A DNA stretch of 64,000 nt from Actinomycetaceae bacterium (GCA_030532245.1 JAUNLN010000003.1:10552-74551); one strand, 5' to 3'. Positions 1 through 11,034 are shown, numbered from the stretch's first letter. Notes: generated by a model from the letters alone, not told the origin. Program-made: numbers and translations.

Positions 1-166
1 TCGTAGCAACCTTGGGAAGCAAATCCCGCGCAACTGAACCACCCGCAATACCCATGTGGATGCGGCTACGATGCTGCGCAAGCTCCGTGATCTTACGAAC
101 GAGCGCAAGAGCCGTTTTCGCATACAACTCTTCGCGCGTGCGAAACACCATCAGATCGGTATCCAC
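1..166 (-). CDS. pgl: 6-phosphogluconolactonase, N-terminal part (runs off window)
   Basis: Manual translation from GTG at 166 (RBS GGAGG upstream): MDTDLMVFRTREELYAKTALALVRKITELAQHRSRIHMGIAGGSVARDLLPKVAT. The hydrophobic strand followed by GGS fits 6PGL; lies downstream of tkt. Confidence 0.7.
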   Translation of the reverse strand, partial: MDTDLMVFRTREELYAKTALALVRKITELAQHRSRIHMGIAGGSVARDLLPKVAT

Positions 167-225
167 CGTTCCACCTCCAAAACGCTACTTAAGAGATTTT
201 TCCACATTTCCCGCAGACCGGATGC

Positions 226-254
226 AAAACAGGGGCCGGCGTGTGCCGACCCCT
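226..254 (-). terminator. Intrinsic terminator after tkt
   Basis: On minus strand AGGGGTCGGC-ACAC-GCCGGCCCCT followed by GTTTT. Confidence 0.65.
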
Positions 255-295
255 GCCTCGCAAACGTTTGCGATAACGCTAGCTGACGCGACCCG

Positions 296-2362
296 CTAGT
301 TAGCGAGCACCTCGCGCGCAACCTTCGCCACGTTCTCCTTGTTGAAGCCGAAGTACTCCATCAGCTCACCACCGGAGCCAACCTCACCGAACGTCTCGAT
401 CGAAATAGCGCGGCCCCTAATGCCGAGGTACTTGTACCACGGAGCTGCAAGACCCGCCTCAACACTCACGCGAGCAGTCACAGACGAGGGGAGTACCGAC
501 TCCTTGTACTCCTCATCCTGCTCCTCGAACCACTCCATCGAAGGCATGGACACCACGCGAGCCTTAACACCCTCCTCCTCAAGAATCTGCGCCGCACCAA
601 CCGCGTGCTGAACCTCAGAGCCGGAAGCCATCAGGATCACATCCGGAGTGCCGTCCGTATCGCGAAGCACGTAGCCGCCGCGAGCCACGCCTTCAGCGGA
701 CGCAAGCTCGCCACCGCGAGCCGGGTTCGGCAGGCCCTGACGCGAAAGAATAATCGCAGCGGTCGAGTCGCGAAGGATAATGTTCTTCCACGCCTGCGCA
801 GTCTCTGCCGCATCCGCCGGGCGAACAACCGACAGGTTCGGGATCGCGCGGTAAGCCGTCAGGTGCTCGATCGGCTGGTGCGTCGGGCCGTCCTCACCAA
901 CACCAACCGAGTCGTGCGTCCACACGTACGTAACCGGCAGCTTCATGAGGGAGGCGAGGCGAACCGCGCCGCGCATGTAATCGGAGAACACGAAGAACGT
1001 GCCACCGTAAACGCGGGTCATGCCCTCCAGCGCGATACCGTTCATGATCGCACCCATCGCGTGCTCGCGAACACCGAAGTGCAGGTTGCGGCCGTACTTG
1101 TTGCCACTGAACATGTCCGAGCTACGCTCCTCGGGCAGGAACGAAGGCTCGCCAGCCATCAACGTGTTGTTCGAACCCGCGAGGTCCGCAGAGCCGCCCC
1201 ACAGTTCAGGAAGAACAGGAGCCAGAGCGTTCAGCACCTTGCCCGATGCTGCGCGAGTTGCGAGGCTCTTACCCTCCTCGAACTTCGGCAGAGCATCCTC
1301 CCAGCCCTCCGGTAGTTCACGCTTCGAAAGACGATCGTAAAGCTCTGCACGCTCCGGGTTCGCCGCGCGCCAAGCGGAGAACTTCTCATCCCACTTGGAG
1401 CGAGCCGCCTCACCGCGAGCCTTCATGTTCGCCTGAGCGTGAGCAACAGCCTCCTCATCGACGTCGAACATCTTGGTCGGGTCGATGCCGAGCGCCTCCT
1501 TCAAACCGGCAAGAGCCTCGGCGCCGAGCGCGCTACCGTGAATGCCGCCCGTATTCTGCTTACCCGGCGTCGGCCAGCCAATAATCGTACGCAAGCCAAT
1601 AATCGACGGGCGATCAGTCTCTGCAAGCGCATTCTGGATCGCCTGCTCAACCGCCTCAACGTCTTCCTTGTACTCGCCGCTAGCCGTCCAATCAACGTGC
1701 TGCGTGTGCCAGCCGTAAGCCTCGTAACGCTTCAGCACGTCCTCATTGAACGCAATGTTCGTATCGTCCTCAATCGAAATGTGGTTATCATCCCAGAACA
1801 CGATCAAGTTGCCGAGCTTCTGCGTGCCCGCGAGCGAAGACGCCTCAGAAGAGATGCCCTCCTGCAAGCAGCCATCGCCTGCAATAACCCAAACATTGTG
1901 GTCGAACGGGGATTCGCCTGCGGGCGCCTCCGGGTCGAACATGCCGCGAAGCCTGCGCTGAGCCATCGCCATGCCAACAGCCGAAGACATGCCGGAGCCG
2001 AGCGGGCCCGTCGTGATCTCAACGAAGTCAGTGTGACCGTACTCGGGGTGGCCCGGCGTCTTCGACTTGAAGGTGCGGAACTCCTTCAAATCCTCGAGAG
2101 TGAGGCCAGCGCCAGCAAGGTAGAGCGAAATGTATTGCGTGAGGGAAGAGTGACCCGCAGACATGACAAAACGGTCACGACCCAACCACAGGTGGTCGGT
2201 AGGATCCATCTGCAAGTGCTTTTGGAAAATGAGGTATGCAAGCGGTGCAAGGGAGATGGCCGTGCCGGGATGGCCGGAACCGGCGTTTTCTACGGCGTCC
2301 GCTGCGAGCATCTTTGCTGTCGTAACAGCGCGCGTATCAAGTTCATCCCATGAGAAAGTCAT
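296..2362 (-). CDS. tkt: Transketolase
   Basis: SGHPG, DRFVMSAGH, GDGCLQEG TPP motif, GVREHAM, THDSVGVGEDGPTHQP. Start moved to ATG 2362 (RBS AAAAGAGGA). Confidence 0.97.
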   Translation of the reverse strand: MTFSWDELDTRAVTTAKMLAADAVENAGSGHPGTAISLAPLAYLIFQKHLQMDPTDHLWLGRDRFVMSAGHSSLTQYISLYLAGAGLTLEDLKEFRTFKSKTPGHPEYGHTDFVEITTGPLGSGMSSAVGMAMAQRRLRGMFDPEAPAGESPFDHNVWVIAGDGCLQEGISSEASSLAGTQKLGNLIVFWDDNHISIEDDTNIAFNEDVLKRYEAYGWHTQHVDWTASGEYKEDVEAVEQAIQNALAETDRPSIIGLRTIIGWPTPGKQNTGGIHGSALGAEALAGLKEALGIDPTKMFDVDEEAVAHAQANMKARGEAARSKWDEKFSAWRAANPERAELYDRLSKRELPEGWEDALPKFEEGKSLATRAASGKVLNALAPVLPELWGGSADLAGSNNTLMAGEPSFLPEERSSDMFSGNKYGRNLHFGVREHAMGAIMNGIALEGMTRVYGGTFFVFSDYMRGAVRLASLMKLPVTYVWTHDSVGVGEDGPTHQPIEHLTAYRAIPNLSVVRPADAAETAQAWKNIILRDSTAAIILSRQGLPNPARGGELASAEGVARGGYVLRDTDGTPDVILMASGSEVQHAVGAAQILEEEGVKARVVSMPSMEWFEEQDEEYKESVLPSSVTARVSVEAGLAAPWYKYLGIRGRAISIETFGEVGSGGELMEYFGFNKENVAKVAREVLAN

Positions 2363-2490
2363 GAAACAAGTCCTCTTTTCAATGTAGTGATGCAACAAAA
2401 TGTTTGGTAGCTATAACAATATTAAAGATAAATTCGCGGGTTGGTAGAGTCTGGCCTTAAAACGCTCCTTTGGTGAGTAACATGGCGCTC

Positions 2491-3438
2491 ATGCGTAATC
2501 CACAGACTCCCGAGTCTATGCCCAGTGTCGTACGAGATTTCCTCGACTACCTAAGTGTTGACCAGGGTGCCTCCCCAAATACGGTTGCCGCGTACAGGCG
2601 CGACCTTACTCGCTTCTTAAATGATACTGGAGTCTTGGACGTAAGCGATGTTCGCGCGCCCCTCATCAACTCGCACCTAACGAGGCTTTCCACCGGCGAG
2701 GCAACCGGGCGGCCGCTCGCACGTTCGTCGATCGCACGCGCAAGAGCCTCCATTGCGGCTCTCAGCCGGTTCATGGTCGACGAAGACCTCATCCACATCG
2801 ATCCCATGGACGGCGTCGATTCCCAAAAGCTTCCCCAACCCCTCCCGAAGGCACTTTCGATTGAGGAGGTTGGAGCGCTACTGGACGCGGCGGCAAGCAC
2901 TCCGGGCGCCATCGGCCTTCGCGACAGTGCGCTCGTGGAGCTGCTCTACGGCACGGGCGCACGCATTTCGGAGCTAACCGCGCTGTATCCGGAGGACCTC
3001 GACCTGGAGGGGGAGTACCCCTCGGTTCGTCTATTTGGCAAGGGACGCAAGGAGCGCCTCGTACCCCTTGGCAACTACGCGGCTGAGGCCGTTTCCGAAT
3101 ACCTCGCCAACGGGCGCGCCGAGCTTGCCGCGAAGCACGGGGAAGACCACCACCTCTTCCTCAACAAGCGCGGCCGAGCACTCTCGCGCCAATCCGCGTG
3201 GGAAATCATCAACGCCGCAGCAAGGCGCGCGGGGATCGACAACGTATCGCCGCACACCCTTCGGCACTCGTTCGCAACACACCTCCTCGAAGGAGGCGCC
3301 TCCATTCGCGACGTGCAGGAACTCCTCGGCCACTCTTCGGTAGTAACCACGCAGATTTACACGAAAGTTTCGATCAACACCCTGCGAGAAGTGCACGCGA
3401 GCACGCACCCGCGCGCACTCAAGGGCGGCGAGGTTTGA
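2491..3438 (+). CDS. xerD: Site-specific tyrosine recombinase XerD
   Basis: LLYGTGARISE, GKGRKER, HTLRHSFATHLL, LLGH..TTQIY catalytic residues; conserved xerD-parA-scpAB synteny. Start uncertain (2470/2482/2491); TAACAT -10 lies 7 nt before 2491. Confidence 0.9.
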   Translation: MRNPQTPESMPSVVRDFLDYLSVDQGASPNTVAAYRRDLTRFLNDTGVLDVSDVRAPLINSHLTRLSTGEATGRPLARSSIARARASIAALSRFMVDEDLIHIDPMDGVDSQKLPQPLPKALSIEEVGALLDAAASTPGAIGLRDSALVELLYGTGARISELTALYPEDLDLEGEYPSVRLFGKGRKERLVPLGNYAAEAVSEYLANGRAELAAKHGEDHHLFLNKRGRALSRQSAWEIINAAARRAGIDNVSPHTLRHSFATHLLEGGASIRDVQELLGHSSVVTTQIYTKVSINTLREVHASTHPRALKGGEV

Positions 3439-3492
3439 TTCTCCCAGAGTTGCGTCGCCACATGATTTAGTGGGATGCCTTATTCTTAGGGT

Positions 3493-4359
3493 GTGAGTGA
3501 CATTCAACCAGGTTTAGTTCCCGTACCCCCAGAGGGTGGGCGCGACGATGATTTTCCGGTACCGCCCCCGCTAACTTCGCACGGCCCTGCCCGCGTAATC
3601 GCGATGTGCAACCAAAAGGGCGGTGTTGGCAAGACAACCACCACGATCAACCTGGCTGCAGCGCTAGCCGAATACGGCCGGCGCGTACTAATCGTAGACT
3701 TCGACCCGCAGGGCGCGGCCTCCGCCGGCCTTGGCGTGAACTCTCAAGACCTCGAACTCACGATCTACAACCTGCTCATGTCCTCAAAGGTTTCGATCCT
3801 CGATGCAATCCAGAAGACCAAGATCGACAACCTCGACCTAGTACCGGCCAACATCGACCTTTCGGCAGCTGAAGTACAGCTTGTAAACGAGGTGGCTCGC
3901 GAGCAGGCACTCACGCGGGCGCTGCGCCCCGTAATGGACGACTACGACGTAATCCTCATCGACTGCCAGCCCTCGCTCGGTCTCCTCACCGTAAACGCAC
4001 TCACGGCCGCGCACGGAGTCATGGTGCCCCTCGAAGCCGAGTTCTTCGCGCTTCGCGGCGTCGCCCTCCTCGTCGACACGATCGACATGGTGCACGACCG
4101 CCTCAACCCGCGCCTCAAGATCGACGGCATTTTGGCGACCATGGTCGACATGCGCACGCTCCACGCGCGCGAAGTGATTGAGCGCCTCGAAGACGCGTTT
4201 GGCGACAAGGTTTACGACACGAAGATCGGCCGCACGGTGAAATTCCCCGACGCTTCCGTTGCAACCGAGCCGATCACAACCTACGCGCCCACGCACAAGG
4301 GTGCGCACGCCTACAGGCGCCTCGCCCGCGAAGTCATTGCGCGCGGAGACGCGGCGTAG
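3493..4359 (+). CDS. ParA/Soj family ATPase
   Basis: Deviant Walker A NQKGGVGKTTT, DFDPQG, IDCQPSLG. Confidence 0.93.
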   Translation: MSDIQPGLVPVPPEGGRDDDFPVPPPLTSHGPARVIAMCNQKGGVGKTTTTINLAAALAEYGRRVLIVDFDPQGAASAGLGVNSQDLELTIYNLLMSSKVSILDAIQKTKIDNLDLVPANIDLSAAEVQLVNEVAREQALTRALRPVMDDYDVILIDCQPSLGLLTVNALTAAHGVMVPLEAEFFALRGVALLVDTIDMVHDRLNPRLKIDGILATMVDMRTLHAREVIERLEDAFGDKVYDTKIGRTVKFPDASVATEPITTYAPTHKGAHAYRRLAREVIARGDAA

Positions 4360-5153
4360 TGTCTGAAGAACTGCAGGTTAGCGGCGGTTTCAACGTTTCC
4401 CTAGAGAACTTTGAAGGCCCCTTCGACCTGCTCCTCGGCCTCATCTCCAAGCGCGAGCTTGCCATCACCGAGGTTGCGCTCGCGCAGGTAACCGACGAGT
4501 TCATCAACTACATGCGCTCCGAGCCCGACCTTTCGCGCACCTCCGAGTTCCTCGTCGTCGCCGCAACCCTTCTCGACATGAAGGCGCGCTCCCTCCTCCC
4601 CGTCGAAGATGAGCAACTGGAAGAGGACCTAGAATATTTGGAGGCACGCGACCTACTATTCATGAGGCTCCTGCAGTACCGCGCATTCAAGGAGGTTGCG
4701 GGAGTCTTTGGCGGCCTGTGGGAGGCGGGCAGCGCGAAACACGCGCGCGAGGCAACAATGGAACCGCGCTTCGCCGCGCTACTACCCGAACTGCGTTGGT
4801 CGATCACACCGCTAGACCTTGCAAAGCTCGCCGCAAATGCGATCTACTCAAAACCCGCCGAAGTACTCACTACCCACCTGCACGACCCGCTCGTACCCGT
4901 GCGACCGCAGGCCGAATACATCCTGAAGCGCCTCAAAGTCGTGCAGGCAGCGAGCTTCACGGAGCTGTGCAGCGACGCTCCGGACGTGAACACCGTCGTG
5001 TCACGGTTCCTCGCCGTACTCGACCTCTACCGCGAAGGCGCGATCACCTTCGAGCAAGACCAGCCCCTCGCACCCCTCAAAATCCGCTGGACAGGTGCTC
5101 AAACTAACGTTCAAAACATGCAGGTGGAAGACGAAGAGGCTCGAGTAAACTAG
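4359..5153 (+). CDS. scpA: Segregation and condensation protein A
   Basis: FEGPFDLLLGLI, FLVVAATLL, RFLAVLDL kleisin motifs. Confidence 0.93.
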   Translation: MSEELQVSGGFNVSLENFEGPFDLLLGLISKRELAITEVALAQVTDEFINYMRSEPDLSRTSEFLVVAATLLDMKARSLLPVEDEQLEEDLEYLEARDLLFMRLLQYRAFKEVAGVFGGLWEAGSAKHAREATMEPRFAALLPELRWSITPLDLAKLAANAIYSKPAEVLTTHLHDPLVPVRPQAEYILKRLKVVQAASFTELCSDAPDVNTVVSRFLAVLDLYREGAITFEQDQPLAPLKIRWTGAQTNVQNMQVEDEEARVN

Positions 5154-5199
5154 CTAGATACAGCTACAATGGGCAGGTAAGTATTGACGGGAGGTCGAC

Positions 5200-5775
5200 A
5201 TGCAAGAAGCAATACCGCACATTGACGATCGCGAGCTCGCCAGAGCCTTAGAAGCGATCCTAATGGTAGTGGAGCACCCCGCTTCCACGGGCGACCTAGC
5301 TCGCGCCCTCGAAGTTTCACCGCAACAAATCGACGCGGTACTGGCAGGCCTCAAAAACGAGTACGACCGCGACCAGCGCGGATTCGAACTAAGAGACGTA
5401 GGCGGGGGATGGCGATTCTACTCGCGCGCACAGTACGACCCCTTCGTATCGAAATTCATCGTTGGTAACCAGTCGCAAAAACTCACGCAGGCCGCACTCG
5501 AAACCCTCGCGGTGATCGCGTACCGCCAGCCGGTAACCCGCCAAAAGGTCAGCTCCATTCGAGGAGTGAACGTCGACTCGGTCGTCCGCTCCCTACAGGC
5601 ACGCGGCCTCATCGAAAGCGCCGGCGAAACACCGAGTGGAGCGACCCTGTTCCAAACCACCACCGAGTTTTTAGAACGTATGGGATTGCGCTCCCTAGAA
5701 GAGCTGAGCCCGCTCGCACCGCACCTACCCGACCGCGACGAACTTGAAGATATAGCGCAGACTTTGGAGAAATAA
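5200..5775 (+). CDS. scpB: Segregation and condensation protein B
   Basis: LEAIL, AALETLAVIAYRQPVTR, IRGVN; RBS GGGAGG; TACAAT -10 near 5165. Confidence 0.95.
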   Translation: MQEAIPHIDDRELARALEAILMVVEHPASTGDLARALEVSPQQIDAVLAGLKNEYDRDQRGFELRDVGGGWRFYSRAQYDPFVSKFIVGNQSQKLTQAALETLAVIAYRQPVTRQKVSSIRGVNVDSVVRSLQARGLIESAGETPSGATLFQTTTEFLERMGLRSLEELSPLAPHLPDRDELEDIAQTLEK

Positions 5776-6521
5776 TGAAAAACGATCCGCACGTAGAATC
5801 AGGCGTCCGCCTACAAAAAGTGATTTCGCAGGCGGGTATCGCCTCCAGGCGTCACGCCGAAATCCTCATTACCTCCGGGCGCGTAAAAGTAGACGGCAAA
5901 GTCGTGCGCAAACTCGGCACCCGCGTCGACCCCGACAAGCAGGTAATCCACGTAGACGGCGAGCGCCTCATGCTCGACGAAACTACCCTCACGATCGCGC
6001 TTAACAAGCCCGCCGGCGTCGTCTCCACCATGGAAGACCCCGAGGGGCGCCCCTGCCTAGCCGACTACACGCAGGACTACCACCAAAGGCTCTACCACGT
6101 TGGCCGCCTCGACACCGACACGGCCGGCCTCATCCTCCTCACCAACGATGGGGAGCTCGCACACCGCCTCATGCACCCCTCCTACGAAGTGCCGAAGACC
6201 TACGTGGCGACTGTACCCGGCGAGGTTCCGCGCGGCTTGCGACGCAAGATGCTCTCTGGCATTGAGCTCGAAGACGGCCCGGTTAAGGTGCACGACTTCC
6301 AGATTAAAGACCACTACGGCGACCTCACGCTCGTCGAAGTCACGCTACACGAAGGCCGTAACCGCATTGTTCGCCGCCTCATGGAAAGCGTCGGCTTCCC
6401 AGTTGTCGAACTCGTTCGCACCGAATTCGGCCCGGTAAGAATCGGCAGGCTCCACCCCGGCGTTACCCGAAAGATTGAGGGTAACGTGCTGAAGGAGCTC
6501 TACGCCGCGGTCGACCTGTAG
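5775..6521 (+). CDS. rluB: rRNA pseudouridine synthase (RsuA/RluB family, S4 domain)
   Basis: RLQKVISQAGIASRR, VGRLDTDTAGL, EGRNRIVRR. Confidence 0.9.
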   Translation: MKNDPHVESGVRLQKVISQAGIASRRHAEILITSGRVKVDGKVVRKLGTRVDPDKQVIHVDGERLMLDETTLTIALNKPAGVVSTMEDPEGRPCLADYTQDYHQRLYHVGRLDTDTAGLILLTNDGELAHRLMHPSYEVPKTYVATVPGEVPRGLRRKMLSGIELEDGPVKVHDFQIKDHYGDLTLVEVTLHEGRNRIVRRLMESVGFPVVELVRTEFGPVRIGRLHPGVTRKIEGNVLKELYAAVDL

Positions 6522-6529
6522 GAAGCGCC

Positions 6530-7660
6530 TTGAGTATCCCAACTAATCCCGACGGCCGCCCAATCTCAACGGAAGGCCCCGTACTAGTAGTCGGCTCCGG
6601 CCTGCTCGGCGGCTCCGCAGCCCTCGCGCTTCGCGCCGCCGGCATCGAAGTGTACCTCCAAGACGTGTCTCCAGTTTCGCTCGCCCTCGCGCGCGACCTC
6701 GGAGCCGGCGAGGAGTACACGGAAGATAGCCCCGAGCCTGCCCTCGTCATTGTTGCAGTGCCACCGGACGTAACCGCCGGCTGCGTTATTGCCGCCCTCA
6801 AAGATCACCCCGAAGCGGTCGTCACCGACGTTGCCTCCGTGAAATCAATCATCGTGGAGGAGGTTCTCGCCTCCGGCGTGGACGCCTCCAGGTACGTGCC
6901 CTCACACCCGATGGCCGGCCGGGAACGCTCCGGAGTTGCCGCAGCCGACCGCGACCTGTTCATCGGCAGGCCCTGGGCAGTCGTCAGCCACGAACTCAGC
7001 ACCCCGGAGGCGCGCATCGCCGTGCGCAACCTCGCGGTAGACCTTGGAAGCTCCGTTATCGAACTCGACGCGGCAGAGCACGATCGGGGAGTGGCGATCG
7101 TATCCCACGTACCCCAGCTGATCTCCTCCCTTCTCGCCTCGCGCCTGCGCGACGCAACCGAAGATGAGCTGTCGCTCGCCGGCCAGGGCCTTCGCGACAC
7201 CACGCGGATCGCCGCATCCGACCCGAGGCTTTGGACCTCCATCGTTTCAGGCAACTGCGGGCCGGTGGTGAACGTGTTGAAAGGCTTCCAAGACGAGCTT
7301 GGAAACCTCATCGAAGGCCTAGAATCCGGTGCCAACGGAGGGTTCAGCGCACCCGGTTCCGCGCGTGCAATCAACACTGCAATGTCTGCCGGAAACGACG
7401 GCGTTGCCCGCATACCCGGCAAGCACGGCGGCGCGCCGAGGCGCTGGGGAATCGTCGAGGTGCTCATTCCCGATAAGCCGGGCGAGCTCGCAAGGCTCTT
7501 CTCCGAACTTGGAGCGGCCGGCGTCAACATCGAAGACTTCGCGATGGAACACTCTGCACACCAGCGTGTAGGTATCGCCCAAATCTCAATCGATCCAGCA
7601 ATCGTACGTCACGCCGAAAAAGAACTCGAGGCGCGCGGCTGGCGAATCGTGAACCAGTGA
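6530..7660 (+). CDS. tyrA: Prephenate dehydrogenase with C-terminal ACT domain
   Basis: GSGLLGGS Rossmann, TDVASVK, HPMAGRE, SHVPQ, DTTRIA; ACT motif [10 protein letters not shown]. Confidence 0.92.
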   Translation: MSIPTNPDGRPISTEGPVLVVGSGLLGGSAALALRAAGIEVYLQDVSPVSLALARDLGAGEEYTEDSPEPALVIVAVPPDVTAGCVIAALKDHPEAVVTDVASVKSIIVEEVLASGVDASRYVPSHPMAGRERSGVAAADRDLFIGRPWAVVSHELSTPEARIAVRNLAVDLGSSVIELDAAEHDRGVAIVSHVPQLISSLLASRLRDATEDELSLAGQGLRDTTRIAASDPRLWTSIVSGNCGPVVNVLKGFQDELGNLIEGLESGANGGFSAPGSARAINTAMSAGNDGVARIPGKHGGAPRRWGIVEVLIPDKPGELARLFSELGAAGVNIEDFAMEHSAHQRVGIAQISIDPAIVRHAEKELEARGWRIVNQ

Positions 7661-7676
7661 ACGCTTAGGAGAAAAA

Positions 7677-9869
7677 GTGGAAAAATACGGAAATCTCACG
7701 CTCGACGAAATGCGGTCGCTGATCAGCGAGTTCGGCCTGTCCATCGCAATCGATGGCCCCTCCGGCTCTGGCAAATCTACGATCGCAAGAGGCGTCGCCA
7801 AGACTCTTGGCATCGGCTACCTCGACACCGGCGCAATGTACCGCGCACTCACCTGGTACTGCCTCGAAGTGGGCCTGCCCCTCGACGATCACGCGGCGGT
7901 TGCCGGTGCAGCCGACTCGTTCCCGCTCGACATCAGCACCTCGCCGGAAGACTTCCGAGTGATGGTGGGCGACACCGACGTGACCGAAGCGATCCGCGAA
8001 TCGCGTATCTCAAAAGAGGTGTCGAAGGTTGCGACGAACCTCGACGTGCGCGAATCGCTCGTTCGCCAGCAACGCCAAATCATTCAAGCTGCGCGCCTAA
8101 ACGGCAGCGGCATGGTTACCGAGGGGCGCGACATCACGACGGTCGTTGCACCGGACGCCGACCTGCGTCTGCTCCTCACCGCCTCCGCACAAAAACGTAT
8201 GGAAAGGCGTGCGGTTCAGCTTCACGGCGAACAAGTAAGCGATGAGATTATTCAGTCGATGCACTCGGAAGTTGTGGGGCGCGACGAGAAGGATTCCACG
8301 GTAGTCAACTTCCAGGAGGCCACCGAAGGCCAAACGGTTATTGACTCCTCCGAGTACACGATCGACCAGACCCTCAGCTACGTTACGTACCTCGTTTCAA
8401 AGAAGCTGGAGGAACTCGCCGAGCAAAAGGCCGCGGAAGACTCCCGCGCGGAGGCGATGCGCGCCGCCCTGTCGTTCTACGACCTGACCGAAGAGGACGA
8501 ACAGGTTCTAAGCGGTGAGGAAGACGAAGAAGTTGCCGACACTTCGGGTGCGGGCGACCCCGTGCTCGCTATCGTTGGCCGCCCAAACGTTGGCAAATCA
8601 ACGCTCGTGAACCGTATCCTGCAGCGCCGCGCCGCAGTAGTGCAAGACACGCCGGGCGTTACCCGCGACCGCGTTTCGTACCCCGCGAACTGGGCGGGGA
8701 GAAACTTCACGCTCGTCGACACCGGCGGCTGGGAAGTAGATGTTCGAGGCATCGACCGCTCGGTTGCAGAACAAGCTGAGATCGCAATCGAAATGTCGGA
8801 CGCCGTACTGTTCGTCGTCGACGCAACCGTAGGCGCCACCGACGCTGACGAACGCATCGTCAAGCTCCTGCGTCGCTCCGGCAAGCCCGTAGTCCTCGCG
8901 GCGAACAAGGTCGACTCGGCCGCCCAGGAAGCCGACGCCATGGCTCTTTGGAACCTCGGCCTTGGCGAACCCTACCCGGTTTCCGCTCTCCACGGCCGCG
9001 GCGCTGGAGACCTCCTTGACGCCGCTCTCGAGATCCTGCCCGAGGAGTCCGCGGTTGCACGCAAGCTCCCCGAGGGTGGCCCGCGACGAGTTGCCCTTAT
9101 CGGTAGGCCAAACGTTGGAAAGTCCTCCCTCCTCAATCACCTAGCGGGGGAGAAGCGAGTAGTTGTCGACGACCTTGCGGGCACGACCCGCGACCCCGTC
9201 GACGAACTCATCGAGATGGACGGACGCAAGTGGTGGTTCGTCGACACCGCCGGCATTCGACGCAAGATGCACCGAACCACCGGAGCCGACTACTACGCAT
9301 CCATCCGCACGCAGGCTGCGCTGGAGAAGGCGGAGGTTGCGATGGTTCTACTTGACGCGTCTGCACCGCTTTCTGAGCAGGACGTGCGCATCGTGCAGCA
9401 CGCCGTAGATGCCGGCCGCGCCCTCGTGATCGTGAACAACAAGTGGGATCTTGTGGATGAGGATCGCCGCTACGAACTACGCGGGGAGCAAGAACGCGAC
9501 CTGCAGCACGTGTCGTGGGCGCCGAAGATCAACCTGTCGGCGCGCACGGGCTGGCACACGAACCGCATCGTGAAGGCACTTGACAGGTCGCTAGAGTCTT
9601 GGGACACCCGCATCTCTACCGGCCGTCTAAACGCGTTCCTCGGCGAACTCGTTGCCGCAACGCCTCACCCTGTGCGCGGAGGCAAGCAGCCTCGAATCCT
9701 GTTTGCCACGCAGGCGTCGGCGCGCCCGCCCAGGTTCGTCATCTTCACAACGGGATTCCTAGACCCGGGTTACCGCCGATTCATTGAGCGTCGCCTGCGC
9801 GAAACCTTCGGGTTCGAAGGCACGCCGATTCAAATCAGCGTTCGCGTGCGCGAGAAGAGGCGCCGCTAA
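7677..9869 (+). CDS. der: Bifunctional cytidylate kinase / ribosome GTPase Der (fusion)
   Basis: [25 protein letters not shown] (Cmk), an acidic linker, then two GRPNVGKS G-domains and a KH-like tail. Confidence 0.95.
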   Translation: MEKYGNLTLDEMRSLISEFGLSIAIDGPSGSGKSTIARGVAKTLGIGYLDTGAMYRALTWYCLEVGLPLDDHAAVAGAADSFPLDISTSPEDFRVMVGDTDVTEAIRESRISKEVSKVATNLDVRESLVRQQRQIIQAARLNGSGMVTEGRDITTVVAPDADLRLLLTASAQKRMERRAVQLHGEQVSDEIIQSMHSEVVGRDEKDSTVVNFQEATEGQTVIDSSEYTIDQTLSYVTYLVSKKLEELAEQKAAEDSRAEAMRAALSFYDLTEEDEQVLSGEEDEEVADTSGAGDPVLAIVGRPNVGKSTLVNRILQRRAAVVQDTPGVTRDRVSYPANWAGRNFTLVDTGGWEVDVRGIDRSVAEQAEIAIEMSDAVLFVVDATVGATDADERIVKLLRRSGKPVVLAANKVDSAAQEADAMALWNLGLGEPYPVSALHGRGAGDLLDAALEILPEESAVARKLPEGGPRRVALIGRPNVGKSSLLNHLAGEKRVVVDDLAGTTRDPVDELIEMDGRKWWFVDTAGIRRKMHRTTGADYYASIRTQAALEKAEVAMVLLDASAPLSEQDVRIVQHAVDAGRALVIVNNKWDLVDEDRRYELRGEQERDLQHVSWAPKINLSARTGWHTNRIVKALDRSLESWDTRISTGRLNAFLGELVAATPHPVRGGKQPRILFATQASARPPRFVIFTTGFLDPGYRRFIERRLRETFGFEGTPIQISVRVREKRRR

Positions 9870-9888
9870 AACCTAGCCCAAAAGCGTT

Positions 9889-9914
9889 GCGGCCTCCCAT
9901 ACTCGGGAGGCCGC
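9889..9914. terminator. Hairpin between convergent der and rarD
   Basis: GCGGCCTCCC-ATACTC-GGGAGGCCGC perfect 10-bp stem. Confidence 0.7.
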
Positions 9915-9941
9915 TTCGCTATCTGATTAGTTGTATAAGGA

Positions 9942-10997
9942 TCAGTTTTCGGGTGCCGGCTGATCGTCACCAAACAGGCTCAAGGGCTTCGCGTCCGGCG
10001 CACCCGGATCGATCAGCTGATCGGTCTTCTTCGAGCGGCGCAGGCGCATCCACGAGTGGCGTTCATTCTTGCTCTTGCGCGGACGCCTCCGCCTCCACGG
10101 CCTAGCAGCCGGAACCGACCAGCGGCGCCTTTCCATAATCGCTCTAATACCGTCGATCGTGAGCACTACGATCGCGAGCCAAATCCCGATGTACGTGATC
10201 CACTCCGTGCCGACGATCCGCTCACCAATAAACGCGGCGACGAACACGACGAGCACAGGCTCGACGTAAGACAGGAGTCCAAACACGGCGTAGGGGAGGA
10301 GCTTCGCGGCCATCACGTAGGTTACGAGGCCAACGATCGAGAGGAATCCAAGCACGAGCAGGAGCATGATCATGGGGAGCGATGAGGTTGCGGCCTCAGC
10401 TCCGCCGTTCCTCGTGGCGGCAAAGGCGGCAAGGGGGAGTGCCAGGGCCATCTCCCATGTAACAGCACCGACACCGTCAGTTTCGAAAATGCGGCGCAGC
10501 ACGAAGTAAATGGGATAACCCAGGGCCACGTAGGCCGTCACCCAGCCAAGACCTCCAGCGCGGAACATCTCGAAGATAACCGCGGCAGAAGCGATCAGGG
10601 TAGCGGTGAGAGTGAGAGGTGAGAGCTTCTCTTTAAACACGACGCGCCCGACTATAACCATGACGATAGGCATCAGAAAATAGCCCATGGATAGCGCAAG
10701 GGTGTTACCAGACTGGGGTGCCCAGCCGAACAGGTACATTTGCGAGGCGAGCATCGGCACGTTGAACGCGTAGGCGAGCAACTTTTTGGGAGCGGCGATT
10801 ACTCGCTTCAGTTCACCGGAGAACCAAAACCAGCGGCCAGACATGGCTAGGAGGATGAGGATGCCGGGAACCGTTAAGAGAATGCGCCAACCCCACACTT
10901 GTGAGCCCGTAAGCATAGTTAGCTGGGCTGCGACGAAGGTTAGGACTGCGAAGACTACCGAGGAAAGAAGTGAGACGACAACACCGCGACCGGTCAT
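9942..10997 (-). CDS. rarD: EamA/DMT family transporter RarD
   Basis: About 10 TM helices; LSMGYFLMP..VFKEKL and GLLSYVEP motifs. Confidence 0.85.
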   Translation of the reverse strand: MTGRGVVVSLLSSVVFAVLTFVAAQLTMLTGSQVWGWRILLTVPGILILLAMSGRWFWFSGELKRVIAAPKKLLAYAFNVPMLASQMYLFGWAPQSGNTLALSMGYFLMPIVMVIVGRVVFKEKLSPLTLTATLIASAAVIFEMFRAGGLGWVTAYVALGYPIYFVLRRIFETDGVGAVTWEMALALPLAAFAATRNGGAEAATSSLPMIMLLLVLGFLSIVGLVTYVMAAKLLPYAVFGLLSYVEPVLVVFVAAFIGERIVGTEWITYIGIWLAIVVLTIDGIRAIMERRRWSVPAARPWRRRRPRKSKNERHSWMRLRRSKKTDQLIDPGAPDAKPLSLFGDDQPAPEN

Positions 10998-11034
10998 AGT
11001 TTTGCCAATCTAAGATGGGAAGCCAACCACTGCG

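Noticed and set aside
2470-3438. Tyrosine recombinase as the integrase of a mobile element
   Set aside because: Sits in the conserved housekeeping xerD-parA-scpAB context; no att repeats or cargo.
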